From Candidatus Kerfeldbacteria bacterium (lineage in GTDB: Bacteria > Patescibacteriota > Patescibacteriia > UBA9570 > XYC2-FULL-38-9), in assembly GCA_016182555.1 (NCBI GenBank), contig JACPGJ010000005.1:1-62525 (forward strand): DNA of 62,525 nucleotides. The letters run 5' to 3'. Made by a program: the position numbers and the translations under genes. Positions 36,812 through 44,752 of the stretch are shown piece after piece. Numbering within the stretch: position 1 is the first letter of the stretch; every line of letters starts with the position of its first letter. The notes under the pieces were generated by a model, which was given only the letters and a program-made list of their open reading frames with translations, did no database searches and had not been told where the DNA came from.

Positions 36812-36831
36812 GCTATTTTTTAGCTAATATT
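36812..36831. repeat. GCTATTTTTTAGCTAATATT motif (TTAGCTAA palindrome), copy 1 of 3
   Basis: 16-nt identity (GCTATTTTTTAGCTAA) with 49883-49898. Lies in the divergent intergenic region between the radical SAM gene and abiEi. Confidence 0.9.
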
Positions 36832-36906
36832 ATATAATAATAGTGTCGAAATATTTTCCACAAATACAAATCAACTATTGCAATTTTTAATAGAAAATAC
36901 GATCTA

Positions 36907-36960
36907 TTGACAATCAGGTTAATAATATGTATCATAAAGGTAAGATTTTTTCTTACCTTT
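36907..36960 (+). promoter_or_regulatory. abiEi promoter with 10-bp inverted repeat over the predicted start site
   Basis: TTGACA (36907-36912), 17 nt, TATCAT (36930-36935), directly followed by AAAGGTAAGA-ttttt-TCTTACCTTT (36936-36960). Confidence 0.6.
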
Positions 36961-36982
36961 ACGTCTCAAATTAATAATTTGT

Positions 36983-37555
36983 ATGAATAATCCCCTTATT
37001 TTGCTAGAAAGATCAAAAAAAACAGTCTTTACAACAAAAGAACTGGCTATTCTTTGGGGTGAACAAAATATCCAAACATTAAAATCGAAAGTGAACTACT
37101 ATGTAAAAAGAGGTAAAATCATCCACATTAGAAAAGGGTTGTATGCAAAAAATGAGCACTATAACCAACATGAACTTGCGGCCAGTATTTTCGTACCATC
37201 ATATATTAGTTTTGAAACCATCCTACAACAAAATGGAATAAATTTTCAATATTACGAAACAATTTTTGTTGCCGGCATCCGATCCGCTGCTGTTGCTATT
37301 CAAAAACAAAAAATACTTTTTCATAAAATGAAAAAAAACATTCTCTACAACACCAATGGGCTTATTCATAAAGAAACATACACAGAAGCATCAACAGAAC
37401 GGGCCGTGTTAGACCTTCTCTATCTGAACAAATTAGAACATTTGGATAATCCGCGAGGGGTTGATTGGAACAAGTGCGAAGAATTGACTCCACTCTACAA
37501 TAATCAACAACTTATAAAACGTTTAAAAATTTTACGAAAACAATTCGCAGAATAA
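36983..37555 (+). CDS. abiEi: AbiEi-family antitoxin-like protein, copy 2
   Basis: N-terminal wHTH-like VFTTKELAILWGEQNIQTLKSKVNYYVKRGKIIHIRKGLYA, then PSYISFETILQQNGI. Immediately upstream of AbiEii. Confidence 0.7.
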   Translation: MNNPLILLERSKKTVFTTKELAILWGEQNIQTLKSKVNYYVKRGKIIHIRKGLYAKNEHYNQHELAASIFVPSYISFETILQQNGINFQYYETIFVAGIRSAAVAIQKQKILFHKMKKNILYNTNGLIHKETYTEASTERAVLDLLYLNKLEHLDNPRGVDWNKCEELTPLYNNQQLIKRLKILRKQFAE

Positions 37556-37563
37556 TTATCACT

Positions 37564-38265
37564 ATGCTCAACAAAGAAAAACATCATCGAATTTTGCTCC
37601 AAATCACCAAAGATATGTATACAAATATTCGCATTTCCTCGCTGCTTGGTTTTAAAGGTGGTACAGCTGCATATTTGATTTATAATCTACCACGTTTTTC
37701 GGTTGACCTTGATTTTGATTTAATTGACCCAACACCCGCGCGTATTGCCACAGTACATAAAGAGGTGCGTACAATTCTTCAGCACTATGGAACAATACAA
37801 GATGAATACAAAAAAAATTATACGTTGTTTTTTTTGTTATCGTACGAAGAAAAACATCATCATATTAAAATAGATATTTCAACTCGTGGCTGGCACAATG
37901 AGTATACTGTTCAGGAATACTTGGGTATTCCAATGTTGGTTATGAACCCGTCATATATGTTTGCAAACAAACTGGCAGCGCTTACTGATAGAAAAAAAGT
38001 ATTTATGCGAGATGTGTATGATATTTGGTATTTTTTTACGAGGCGTTGGGAAATTGAAGAATCGGTCATTCAAAAACGCACAGGAAAAACAGTGAAGCAA
38101 TATATTACTAGCGATTGTGTGCCGGTAATTGAAAAAATTAAAAATGAAGAACTCCTGCTTGGACTTGGCGAATATCTCAATGAATCACAGAGAAGTTTTG
38201 TAAAAACAAAATTGAAGCAAGAAGTATTATTTCAGTTGCGTATTTTGGCCGATTCATTGAAATAA
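37564..38265 (+). CDS. abiEii: AbiEii/AbiGii-family nucleotidyltransferase toxin (DUF1814), copy 2
   Basis: LLGFKGGTAAYLIYNLPRFSVDLDFDL hallmark motif. Confidence 0.85.
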   Translation: MLNKEKHHRILLQITKDMYTNIRISSLLGFKGGTAAYLIYNLPRFSVDLDFDLIDPTPARIATVHKEVRTILQHYGTIQDEYKKNYTLFFLLSYEEKHHHIKIDISTRGWHNEYTVQEYLGIPMLVMNPSYMFANKLAALTDRKKVFMRDVYDIWYFFTRRWEIEESVIQKRTGKTVKQYITSDCVPVIEKIKNEELLLGLGEYLNESQRSFVKTKLKQEVLFQLRILADSLK

Positions 38266-38279
38266 TGAAATAAAACACT

Positions 38280-39044
38280 ATGATTTACCCTAAAATTTTG
38301 CAACAACTTGGATTTTCGCAAAAAGAAATAGCAGTGTATGCGGCGTTATTGGAATTGGATAGCGCAACAGCTGGCGAAATTGCAGACAAAACAGAAATTA
38401 ACCGAACCAGCTGTTATGACATTCTCGATTCACTCATGAAAAAAGGCATCATCAGCAAATTCAAAAAAAAGACAAAAATTTATTTTCATGCCGGCGACCC
38501 AAAACGGTTAATTGCCTACCTGGAACGTGAACGCGAAGAGGCAAATAAAAAAATTACCAAACAACAACAACTGGTGAAAGAAGCTTTGCCCGAACTGTCT
38601 TCATTGTTGCATCCGCAAAACACTAAGCCAAAGGTCACTTTTTTTGAAGGCGAAAAAGGTATGCGTGAAGCATATGAAGATACGCTTACTTCTACAGAAA
38701 CGATTCTTGCATACGCGAATGCTGAAACGATGCATAAAGGATTGCCAAATTTTTTCCCGGAATATTATAAAAGAAGAGCAGGCGCAGGCATTTCTATTAA
38801 AGCGATTATTCCAGACAATGAGGTAGATCGAAAACAAATTGTGCATAATGCAGAAGAAGCACGTGAATCAGTTTTTTTACCCAACCCTGAAATGACTTTT
38901 TCACCAGAAGTGAATATTTATAACGATAAAGTCTTGATTGCATCGTGGAATGAAAAAATGGCAGTGCTTATTGAATCGCGTGAATTCGCTCAATTGCAAA
39001 AACTCATCTATCAGTTACTTTGGAAAAGTTTGAAAAGCAAATAA
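38280..39044 (+). CDS. TrmB-family transcriptional regulator with C-terminal domain, copy 2
   Basis: LQQLGFSQKEIAVYAALLELDSATAGEIADKTEINRTSCYDILDSLMKKGII. Shares EAYEDTLTS...FPEYYKRRA...NIY(N/D)(D/N)KV blocks with 47962-48765. Confidence 0.8.
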   Translation: MIYPKILQQLGFSQKEIAVYAALLELDSATAGEIADKTEINRTSCYDILDSLMKKGIISKFKKKTKIYFHAGDPKRLIAYLEREREEANKKITKQQQLVKEALPELSSLLHPQNTKPKVTFFEGEKGMREAYEDTLTSTETILAYANAETMHKGLPNFFPEYYKRRAGAGISIKAIIPDNEVDRKQIVHNAEEARESVFLPNPEMTFSPEVNIYNDKVLIASWNEKMAVLIESREFAQLQKLIYQLLWKSLKSK

Positions 39045-39067
39045 TCATCTTTCATGATTACATAAAT

Positions 39068-39178
39068 TTGCCGTCGGTGGCCGCAGTGCAATTCGATTTC
39101 GCGGCGTTGGAAGTGTTGCCCGAAAAACACGCTCGCCTGCAATGGTTCTGGAATATCAGCGCCGAGGACTTTCGTTAA
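39068..39178 (+). pseudogene. orphan 3' fragment of a second yraN copy (last ~37 codons)
   Basis: Translates to LPSVAAVQFDFAALEVLPEKHARLQWFWNISAEDFR*, compared with the yraN C-terminus LPSVSVVQFDFAALEVVSGKQVRLKWFWNIGGDDFH*. No start codon and no N-terminal part. Confidence 0.8.
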
Positions 39179-39196
39179 ATGATGGTTGATTTTGAT

Positions 39197-39242
39197 TTGA
39201 CATATTGGATATTTTTGGATACACTGTGATTATAATATCCAA
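39197..39242 (+). promoter_or_regulatory. fic promoter with TTGGATAT/ATATCCAA repeats
   Basis: TTGACA (39197-39202), 17 nt, TACACT (39220-39225). TTGGATAT 39205-39212, TTGGATAC 39215-39222, inverted ATATCCAA 39235-39242. Confidence 0.6.
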
Positions 39243-39252
39243 ACAGAGCTTT

Positions 39253-40281
39253 ATGCTTATTTTAGAAAAAATAGATGCGCTTCGTGAAGCTATTCAGACA
39301 TTTCGACCATTTAATGATAGCCTGCAAAAAACACTGCAAGAGCAATTACGCATTGAATGGACATACAATTCTAACGCGATTGAAGGGAACACGCTCACGC
39401 TCGGAGAGACCGCATTTTTTTTGCGTGAAGGGTTAACGTCAGAAGGTCGGCCGTTGAAAGATTATTTGGAAGCAAAAAACCACGCTGAAGCAATCGACCG
39501 CTTGAATGATATTGTTCAAGGAAAGCGTTCAATAACAGAGTCACTCATTAAGGAGCTTCATGGTGTGTTGATGAAAGGCATGGATTTTACTATTGCCCGT
39601 GGAATGGACGGTCAGATGATTCATAAACGCCTACATGTCGGTGAATATAAAAAGCAACCGAATCATGTACTCACACTTTCTGGAAAGATTCACGAATACG
39701 CCGATCCCATTCATGTGCACGATGAAATGGAAGCATTGCTGGATTGGGTCGGGTCGGAAACAACCATGCACCCCGTTGAACGAGCAGCGCGTTTCCATTA
39801 TCGCTTCGTGAGTATTCACCCGTTTGATGATGGCAATGGGAGAATGAGTCGATTGTTGATGAATTTACTCCTGACGCAGGCAGGGTATTACCCTTGCATT
39901 ATTCAAAATGCCCATCGTCGAAAATATATTCAAACGCTAGAAGAAGCGGACAGTTCTCAAAATGATACCACTTTTATACAGTTTGTTGCAGATGAATTGC
40001 TTGCGACAGAGCAAAAAGTGTTCGATATTATTCAAGGGAAAGTTGTGGCACTTACTCAAGCAACGACCATATTGAATAGCGTGGAGCGCCGAGAACGTAT
40101 TATGCATGTGTTGCGTACTGCCGATTCCCCACTGGCGATGGGACAAATGAGTGAGCTGTTGCCAGAGCTTAAGCGACCAACGCTGAAAAAAGATTTGCAG
40201 CAATTAGTGCGGGAGCGCTTGGTGAGCTCTTATGGCAAAGGGAGAAACATGTTGTATGCGGTACCACAAAAGAAAATCTAG
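39253..40281 (+). CDS. Fic family protein (class II, N-terminal inhibitory motif, C-terminal winged helix)
   Basis: ATG 39253 within the track ORF. Fic motif HPFDDGNGRMSRLL. Inhibitory-helix-like SNAIEGN ((S/T)xxxE(G/N)). C-terminal wHTH-like RPTLKKDLQQLVRERLVSSYGKGRN. Confidence 0.9.
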   Translation: MLILEKIDALREAIQTFRPFNDSLQKTLQEQLRIEWTYNSNAIEGNTLTLGETAFFLREGLTSEGRPLKDYLEAKNHAEAIDRLNDIVQGKRSITESLIKELHGVLMKGMDFTIARGMDGQMIHKRLHVGEYKKQPNHVLTLSGKIHEYADPIHVHDEMEALLDWVGSETTMHPVERAARFHYRFVSIHPFDDGNGRMSRLLMNLLLTQAGYYPCIIQNAHRRKYIQTLEEADSSQNDTTFIQFVADELLATEQKVFDIIQGKVVALTQATTILNSVERRERIMHVLRTADSPLAMGQMSELLPELKRPTLKKDLQQLVRERLVSSYGKGRNMLYAVPQKKI

Positions 40282-40330
40282 CCGACTCTCTGCAACAGTG
40301 AAAATTTTGGGATTGCAAAAACCAATATAA

Positions 40331-40469
40331 GGGATCATACGCAAAAGCACAGGTAGAAGGTTATAATTTAAGCATAGAGTTTACCAACCCTGAAAAGGAA
40401 GGGATATCTCTGACACCACGAAGGATCATACGCAATATAGGGTTCTAGCCATATATTGCGTATGATCCC
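40331..40469. mobile_element. 139-bp MITE-like element with 14-bp perfect terminal inverted repeats
   Basis: GGGATCATACGCAA (40331-40344) and TTGCGTATGATCCC (40456-40469). Internal third copy forms a 17-bp hairpin (40423-40439/40452-40468). TAA on both flanks. Confidence 0.5.
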
Positions 40470-40612
40470 TAAAGAACTGCAATTACAACTATTGAGTAAT
40501 GACTCTTTTTCTTGACAAAATTTTTGGTGGAAGTATACTGCTAATAAGACTAGCATCCATATGCTGGTTTTTTTGATGATTAAAAAATAGATCAATATAA
40601 CCAAGAAGCTCT

Positions 40613-41917
40613 ATGGCAAAAAGTGAACTGATCGCCGCCATTGAACAGGTGTGCGATGAAAAAAACATTCCATTCGATTCCGTTGTGGATTCGATCGAGG
40701 CCGCCCTTGCGGTGGCGTACCGAAAAGAATTCGGTAATAAAATGCTGAACTGCCGCGTGGAATTCAACCCGGAAGATGGTTCTTCGCGCATTTTTGATGT
40801 GAAAACTGTTGTGGAAGATCCGAAAGAGGAAGACCTCGCTGCACAAGCAGAAGAAGAAAAAAAGAAAGCGGAAGAAGCGGTGAAAGGGAAAAGGCGTGAA
40901 CGTCGAGGTCGCGATGAAGAAAAAAGCGAACCGGCAGAAGATGATGTGAAGCGGTTCAACCCACGCACAGACCTTTCACTGACCGAAGCAAAAAAAGTGA
41001 AAGCAGATGCCGAAATTGGAGATGAAATGATTAGTGAGCTTCCGGTACCAGAAGGCTATGGTCGTGTAGCCGCACAAACTGCCAAACAGGTGATTATTCA
41101 AAAGTTGCGTGAAGCAGAGCGTGAAACATTATACAACCAGTATAAAGATCGTATTGGCGAAATTGTGAATGCGACAGTACAACGCGTAGAGGGACCGTTG
41201 GTCTATATGGACTTGGGTCAAGCGACAGCGATTATGCCACCAAATCAACAGTCACCCAACGAACGCTATCATATTGGTGCCCGCTTCAAAGTATTGTTGC
41301 TTTCCGTGGAAAAAACGAACAAAGGACCAGAGATTATTGCTTCCCGTACGGCGCCGGAAATGGTGAAAGTATTTTTCGCCATGGAAGTACCGGAAATTGC
41401 ATCTGAGTCTATTGAAATCATGTCAGTTGCGCGTGAAGCGGGTTCGCGAACCAAAATTGCGGTGCGAAGTCTTGTAGATAATATTGACCCCATCGGTTCG
41501 TGCGTTGGTCAACGTGGCGCGCGTGTACAAACAGTCATGAGCGAAATCGGTGGCGAAAAAATTGATATTATTGAATACAGCGATGATGCTGTGCGCTTTA
41601 TTGTGAATGCATTGTCACCCGCTAAAGTGGTTTCTGTGCAATTAGATGAAGCAGAAAAAGTGGCGAAAGCATACGTGGCAGAAGATCAGTTGTCTTTGGC
41701 AATTGGTAAAGGCGGTCAGAATGTTCGCTTAGCCGCAAAACTGACGGGTTGGAAAATTGATGTGGTGAAAGACGCTAGCTCTCCAGAAGCAGAAAATACG
41801 GAGGAAGCTGTTGGTGAATCAGAAACTGAAACACCAACTGAAGAAGTAACTGTTGAACCGATGGAAGAAAAATCCAACGAAGTGGAAAAAGAAAAGGCCG
41901 CTGAATCCGAAAAATAA
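40613..41917 (+). CDS. nusA: transcription termination/antitermination factor NusA (with charged insertion and acidic tail)
   Basis: N-terminal LIAAIEQVCDEKNIPFDSVVDSIEAALAVAYRK, FGRVAAQTAKQVIIQKLREAER-type segment, S1 and two KH domains (GSCVGQRGARVQ, AIGKGGQNVRLAAKLTGWKIDV). Confidence 0.9.
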   Translation: MAKSELIAAIEQVCDEKNIPFDSVVDSIEAALAVAYRKEFGNKMLNCRVEFNPEDGSSRIFDVKTVVEDPKEEDLAAQAEEEKKKAEEAVKGKRRERRGRDEEKSEPAEDDVKRFNPRTDLSLTEAKKVKADAEIGDEMISELPVPEGYGRVAAQTAKQVIIQKLREAERETLYNQYKDRIGEIVNATVQRVEGPLVYMDLGQATAIMPPNQQSPNERYHIGARFKVLLLSVEKTNKGPEIIASRTAPEMVKVFFAMEVPEIASESIEIMSVAREAGSRTKIAVRSLVDNIDPIGSCVGQRGARVQTVMSEIGGEKIDIIEYSDDAVRFIVNALSPAKVVSVQLDEAEKVAKAYVAEDQLSLAIGKGGQNVRLAAKLTGWKIDVVKDASSPEAENTEEAVGESETETPTEEVTVEPMEEKSNEVEKEKAAESEK

Positions 41918-41937
41918 TAAATAGTAATACTATATTT

Positions 41938-42474
41938 ATGAGCATGAATCTTTGGCACGATGTTCCTTTGGGCGATAATGCACCAAAAACATTCAACACG
42001 ATCATCGAAATTCCCCGCAACTCTGCGAACAAGTATGAAGTGGATAAGGAGACTGGATTGATTAAACTTGACCGCGTGCTTTTCAGTTCTCAATATTATC
42101 CTTTCGACTATGGGTTCGCTCCGCAAACGTATTGGCATGATGGTGACCCGCTCGATGTGATGGTGCTCACGACGTTTCCACTCGCTCCGGGGTTGTTGGT
42201 CGAAGTGCGTCCGATCGGTGTACTCACCATGATTGACGGTGGTGATTCTGATGACAAGGTGCTTGCTGTCCCCGCCGAAGACCCACGCTATGAACATTAC
42301 CAAACACTGGCTGATGTTGGAGAACACTGTTTGAAAGAAATTAAAAACTTCTTTGAAACCTATAAAATTTTACAAGGCAAAGAGGTCGTGTGTAAAGATT
42401 GGCGTGATCGCGATGACGCTATGAAAACCGTGGAGGAATCCGTGCAACTCTATAAAGACAAATTCGTTAAATAA
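41938..42474 (+). CDS. ppa: inorganic diphosphatase (family I)
   Basis: IEIPRNSANKYEVDKETG, YPFDYGFAPQT, DGDPLDVMVL, DDKVLAVP. Confidence 0.95.
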   Translation: MSMNLWHDVPLGDNAPKTFNTIIEIPRNSANKYEVDKETGLIKLDRVLFSSQYYPFDYGFAPQTYWHDGDPLDVMVLTTFPLAPGLLVEVRPIGVLTMIDGGDSDDKVLAVPAEDPRYEHYQTLADVGEHCLKEIKNFFETYKILQGKEVVCKDWRDRDDAMKTVEESVQLYKDKFVK

Positions 42475-42482
42475 TAGACGCC

Positions 42483-43757
42483 ATGAAAGTTACATCGAAA
42501 GTGTTGCCGAACACGACAGCAGAATTAACGATTGAATTATCAGTCGAAGAAGTGCATCCATTTGTACAGGCTGCAGCGAAACGTATTTCACAAGAAGTCA
42601 CCGTGAAAGGGTTCCGTAAAGGCCATGTGCCCTACGATGTGTTGAAACAGCAAGTGGGAGAAGGTACTATCTATGAAGAAGCCTTCAACGCACTCGTTCA
42701 AGATTCGTACCCAAAGGCGGTGGACCAAGAAAAATTGCAAACGGTAGGCCGCGCAAATATTGATGTAGAAAAAATTGCACCAGGAAACCCCGTGGTCTAC
42801 AAAGCGACGGTACCATTGATGCCAAAGGTAGCGTTAGGAGAGTACAAAAAATTGAAATCGAAAAAACCTGCCGTGGAGTTGGATCAAAAGAAATACGATA
42901 AAACCATGGCCGAAATTCGGAAGATGCGCGCTAAAGAAACATTGGTGGATCGCGCCGCAGCCATGGGTGATAAAGTATTAGTAGATTTTGAAGTGAAGGT
43001 GGATGGAGTGGTCATTGAGGGCGGCCAAGCACAGAAACAGCCGATCGTTTTAGGTGATGCGCAATTCATTCCAGGTTTTGAAGAAGCGATTGTGGGTATG
43101 AAGAAGGGTGAAGAGAAAAATGTGGAGCTGAGCTTTCCAAAAGAATATAAAAAAGATTTAGCCGGCAAGCCCGCACAGTTTCATTTGAACGTACATGATG
43201 TGTATGCTATTGAATTGCCAGAACTCAATGATGAAATGGCCAAGGAGATGAATTTTGAATCGCTTTCGACCATGCAAGAAGAAATTCGCAAAAATATTAT
43301 GCGCGAATTAGAACAAGCAGAACAAGAAAAATTCGAAGTTGCCGTGATTGAAGAAATTGTGGCCAAGTCCACATTTGACCCATTGCCAGATCAATTGATT
43401 GATGAAGAGGTAGATAAAATGATGCGCGAAATCGAACAAGACATTACCCGCCAGGGATTGAAGTTTGATGATTATTTAGCGCACATGAAAAAAACACCCG
43501 ATGAACTGAAAAAAGATTTTCGTGATCGCGCTGGACAGCGCATTAAAGCGGCGCTGGTGATGCGTGAAGTGGCTGTGGCAGAAAAAATTGAAGTAGACGC
43601 GGCAGAGTTGCAGAAAGAGATTGATGAGCTGAAAAAGTTGTATGATCAAATTCCAGATATGATTTCACAGATAGATTCAGAAGCTCATCGTAGCCGTATG
43701 GAAAATATGATGATGCATCGTAAAACTTTTGAACGCTTGGAATCGTTTACGAAGTAA
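42483..43757 (+). CDS. tig: trigger factor
   Basis: N-terminal ribosome-binding GFRKGHVP motif, central FKBP-type domain (FIPGFEEAIVGMKKGE). 424 aa. Confidence 0.9.
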   Translation: MKVTSKVLPNTTAELTIELSVEEVHPFVQAAAKRISQEVTVKGFRKGHVPYDVLKQQVGEGTIYEEAFNALVQDSYPKAVDQEKLQTVGRANIDVEKIAPGNPVVYKATVPLMPKVALGEYKKLKSKKPAVELDQKKYDKTMAEIRKMRAKETLVDRAAAMGDKVLVDFEVKVDGVVIEGGQAQKQPIVLGDAQFIPGFEEAIVGMKKGEEKNVELSFPKEYKKDLAGKPAQFHLNVHDVYAIELPELNDEMAKEMNFESLSTMQEEIRKNIMRELEQAEQEKFEVAVIEEIVAKSTFDPLPDQLIDEEVDKMMREIEQDITRQGLKFDDYLAHMKKTPDELKKDFRDRAGQRIKAALVMREVAVAEKIEVDAAELQKEIDELKKLYDQIPDMISQIDSEAHRSRMENMMMHRKTFERLESFTK

Positions 43758-43759
43758 TA

Positions 43760-43811
43760 AAAATTGCCACACTGTCTCCCGTGATGTTTCTCAAGACAGG
43801 TGGCAATTTTT
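43760..43811 (+). terminator. long-hairpin rho-independent terminator after tig
   Basis: AAAATTGCCAC (43760-43770) / GTGGCAATTTT (43800-43810) with inner CTGTCT/AGACAG pairing, then T-run. Confidence 0.7.
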
Positions 43812-43841
43812 AATTCACGTATATTTTGTTATAATCTCTAT

Positions 43842-44591
43842 ATGAAAATAGCGACATGGAATATTGGAAGCGGATTTATTTCGCGTGATCAAAAAAAATT
43901 TGATCACCAAGATTTGAATTATTTTATTGAAGAGTTGCGAAAACAGAATGCGGACGTGATTTGTTTACAGGAGGTTAATACTCCAGCAGAACACCCGAAA
44001 CAAACTCAATCGCACGACATCGCTGACGCTCTGGGTTTTTCGCACATTGCCGCACAGGTGATGCACCCAAACCACCTGCAACCCGGCAATGAACTCTCTG
44101 TTGCTGTGCTCAGCCGCTTTCCTGTTCTCTCCACAGAATATGTGACCGTACCAAACCCGGGTATTTTCGCCACCGGTTCAAACGGAGCACGGTGGATTTC
44201 ATTCGATAAAGGGTTTCTGTTTTGTGATATCAATATGGAAGGAAAAACAGTGCGAGTAGCTTCTGGGCACATGCTCCCGTTTCATAAATTTAAACGCAAT
44301 TTTTTAGAAAACGAATTTACCCACATTCGCACAGCCATTGCAGAAATTATTTTTGAACACTCAACACTGCCATTGGTCATTGGTGCAGATATGAATTTTG
44401 CTGATGTTCATGCCTTGGTGCCACAATTATTTGAAAGCGGTTTTACCGACCTGTTTCAAACCGATACTACGCCAGATTACGGCCAGTGTGATCACCTGAT
44501 CGTTTCAAAAGAGTGGAAGGCACAGTCGTGGCAAGTCATTCCAGGCAATGCAGATCATTATTTGTGTATTGCTGAGATACAATTAAATTAA
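43842..44591 (+). CDS. endonuclease/exonuclease/phosphatase (EEP) family protein
   Basis: ATG 43842 (the track start lies inside the tig terminator). MKIATWNIGSG, VICLQEV, GADMNF, CDHLIVS. Confidence 0.8.
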   Translation: MKIATWNIGSGFISRDQKKFDHQDLNYFIEELRKQNADVICLQEVNTPAEHPKQTQSHDIADALGFSHIAAQVMHPNHLQPGNELSVAVLSRFPVLSTEYVTVPNPGIFATGSNGARWISFDKGFLFCDINMEGKTVRVASGHMLPFHKFKRNFLENEFTHIRTAIAEIIFEHSTLPLVIGADMNFADVHALVPQLFESGFTDLFQTDTTPDYGQCDHLIVSKEWKAQSWQVIPGNADHYLCIAEIQLN

Positions 44592-44592
44592 A

Positions 44593-44631
44593 GTATTTTC
44601 TACCCAAGTAGAAAATACCCGACATTTTTTT
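44593..44631 (+). terminator. hairpin terminator
   Basis: Perfect 11-bp stem GTATTTTCTAC/GTAGAAAATAC with loop CCAA, T7 run 6 nt downstream. Confidence 0.6.
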
Positions 44632-44752
44632 CGACTACGGTAGAAAATTCTTGATTTTTACTGTTTTAAGCATATGATGAATCGTCATTATGGTATTCGT
44701 AATCCTGAATTGACAACCAGAATAGTCTATTGAATTATGATATACTATACAT

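Noticed and set aside
36751-36982. Search for a RiPP precursor peptide next to the radical SAM gene
   Set aside because: Both strands of the flanking intergenic DNA contain only ORFs of a few codons (for example ATG-TCG-GTA-TGA). There is no candidate precursor, so a RiPP maturase role is not supported by this window.
40489-40968. 159-aa Ser-rich ORF antisense to the nusA 5' region
   Set aside because: It is a low-complexity translation of the complement of the charged NusA insertion and is not credible as a gene.
41716-42327. 203-aa ORF antisense across the nusA 3' end and ppa
   Set aside because: It overlaps two well-supported genes on the other strand and has no start context or motifs. 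I treat it as a shadow ORF.
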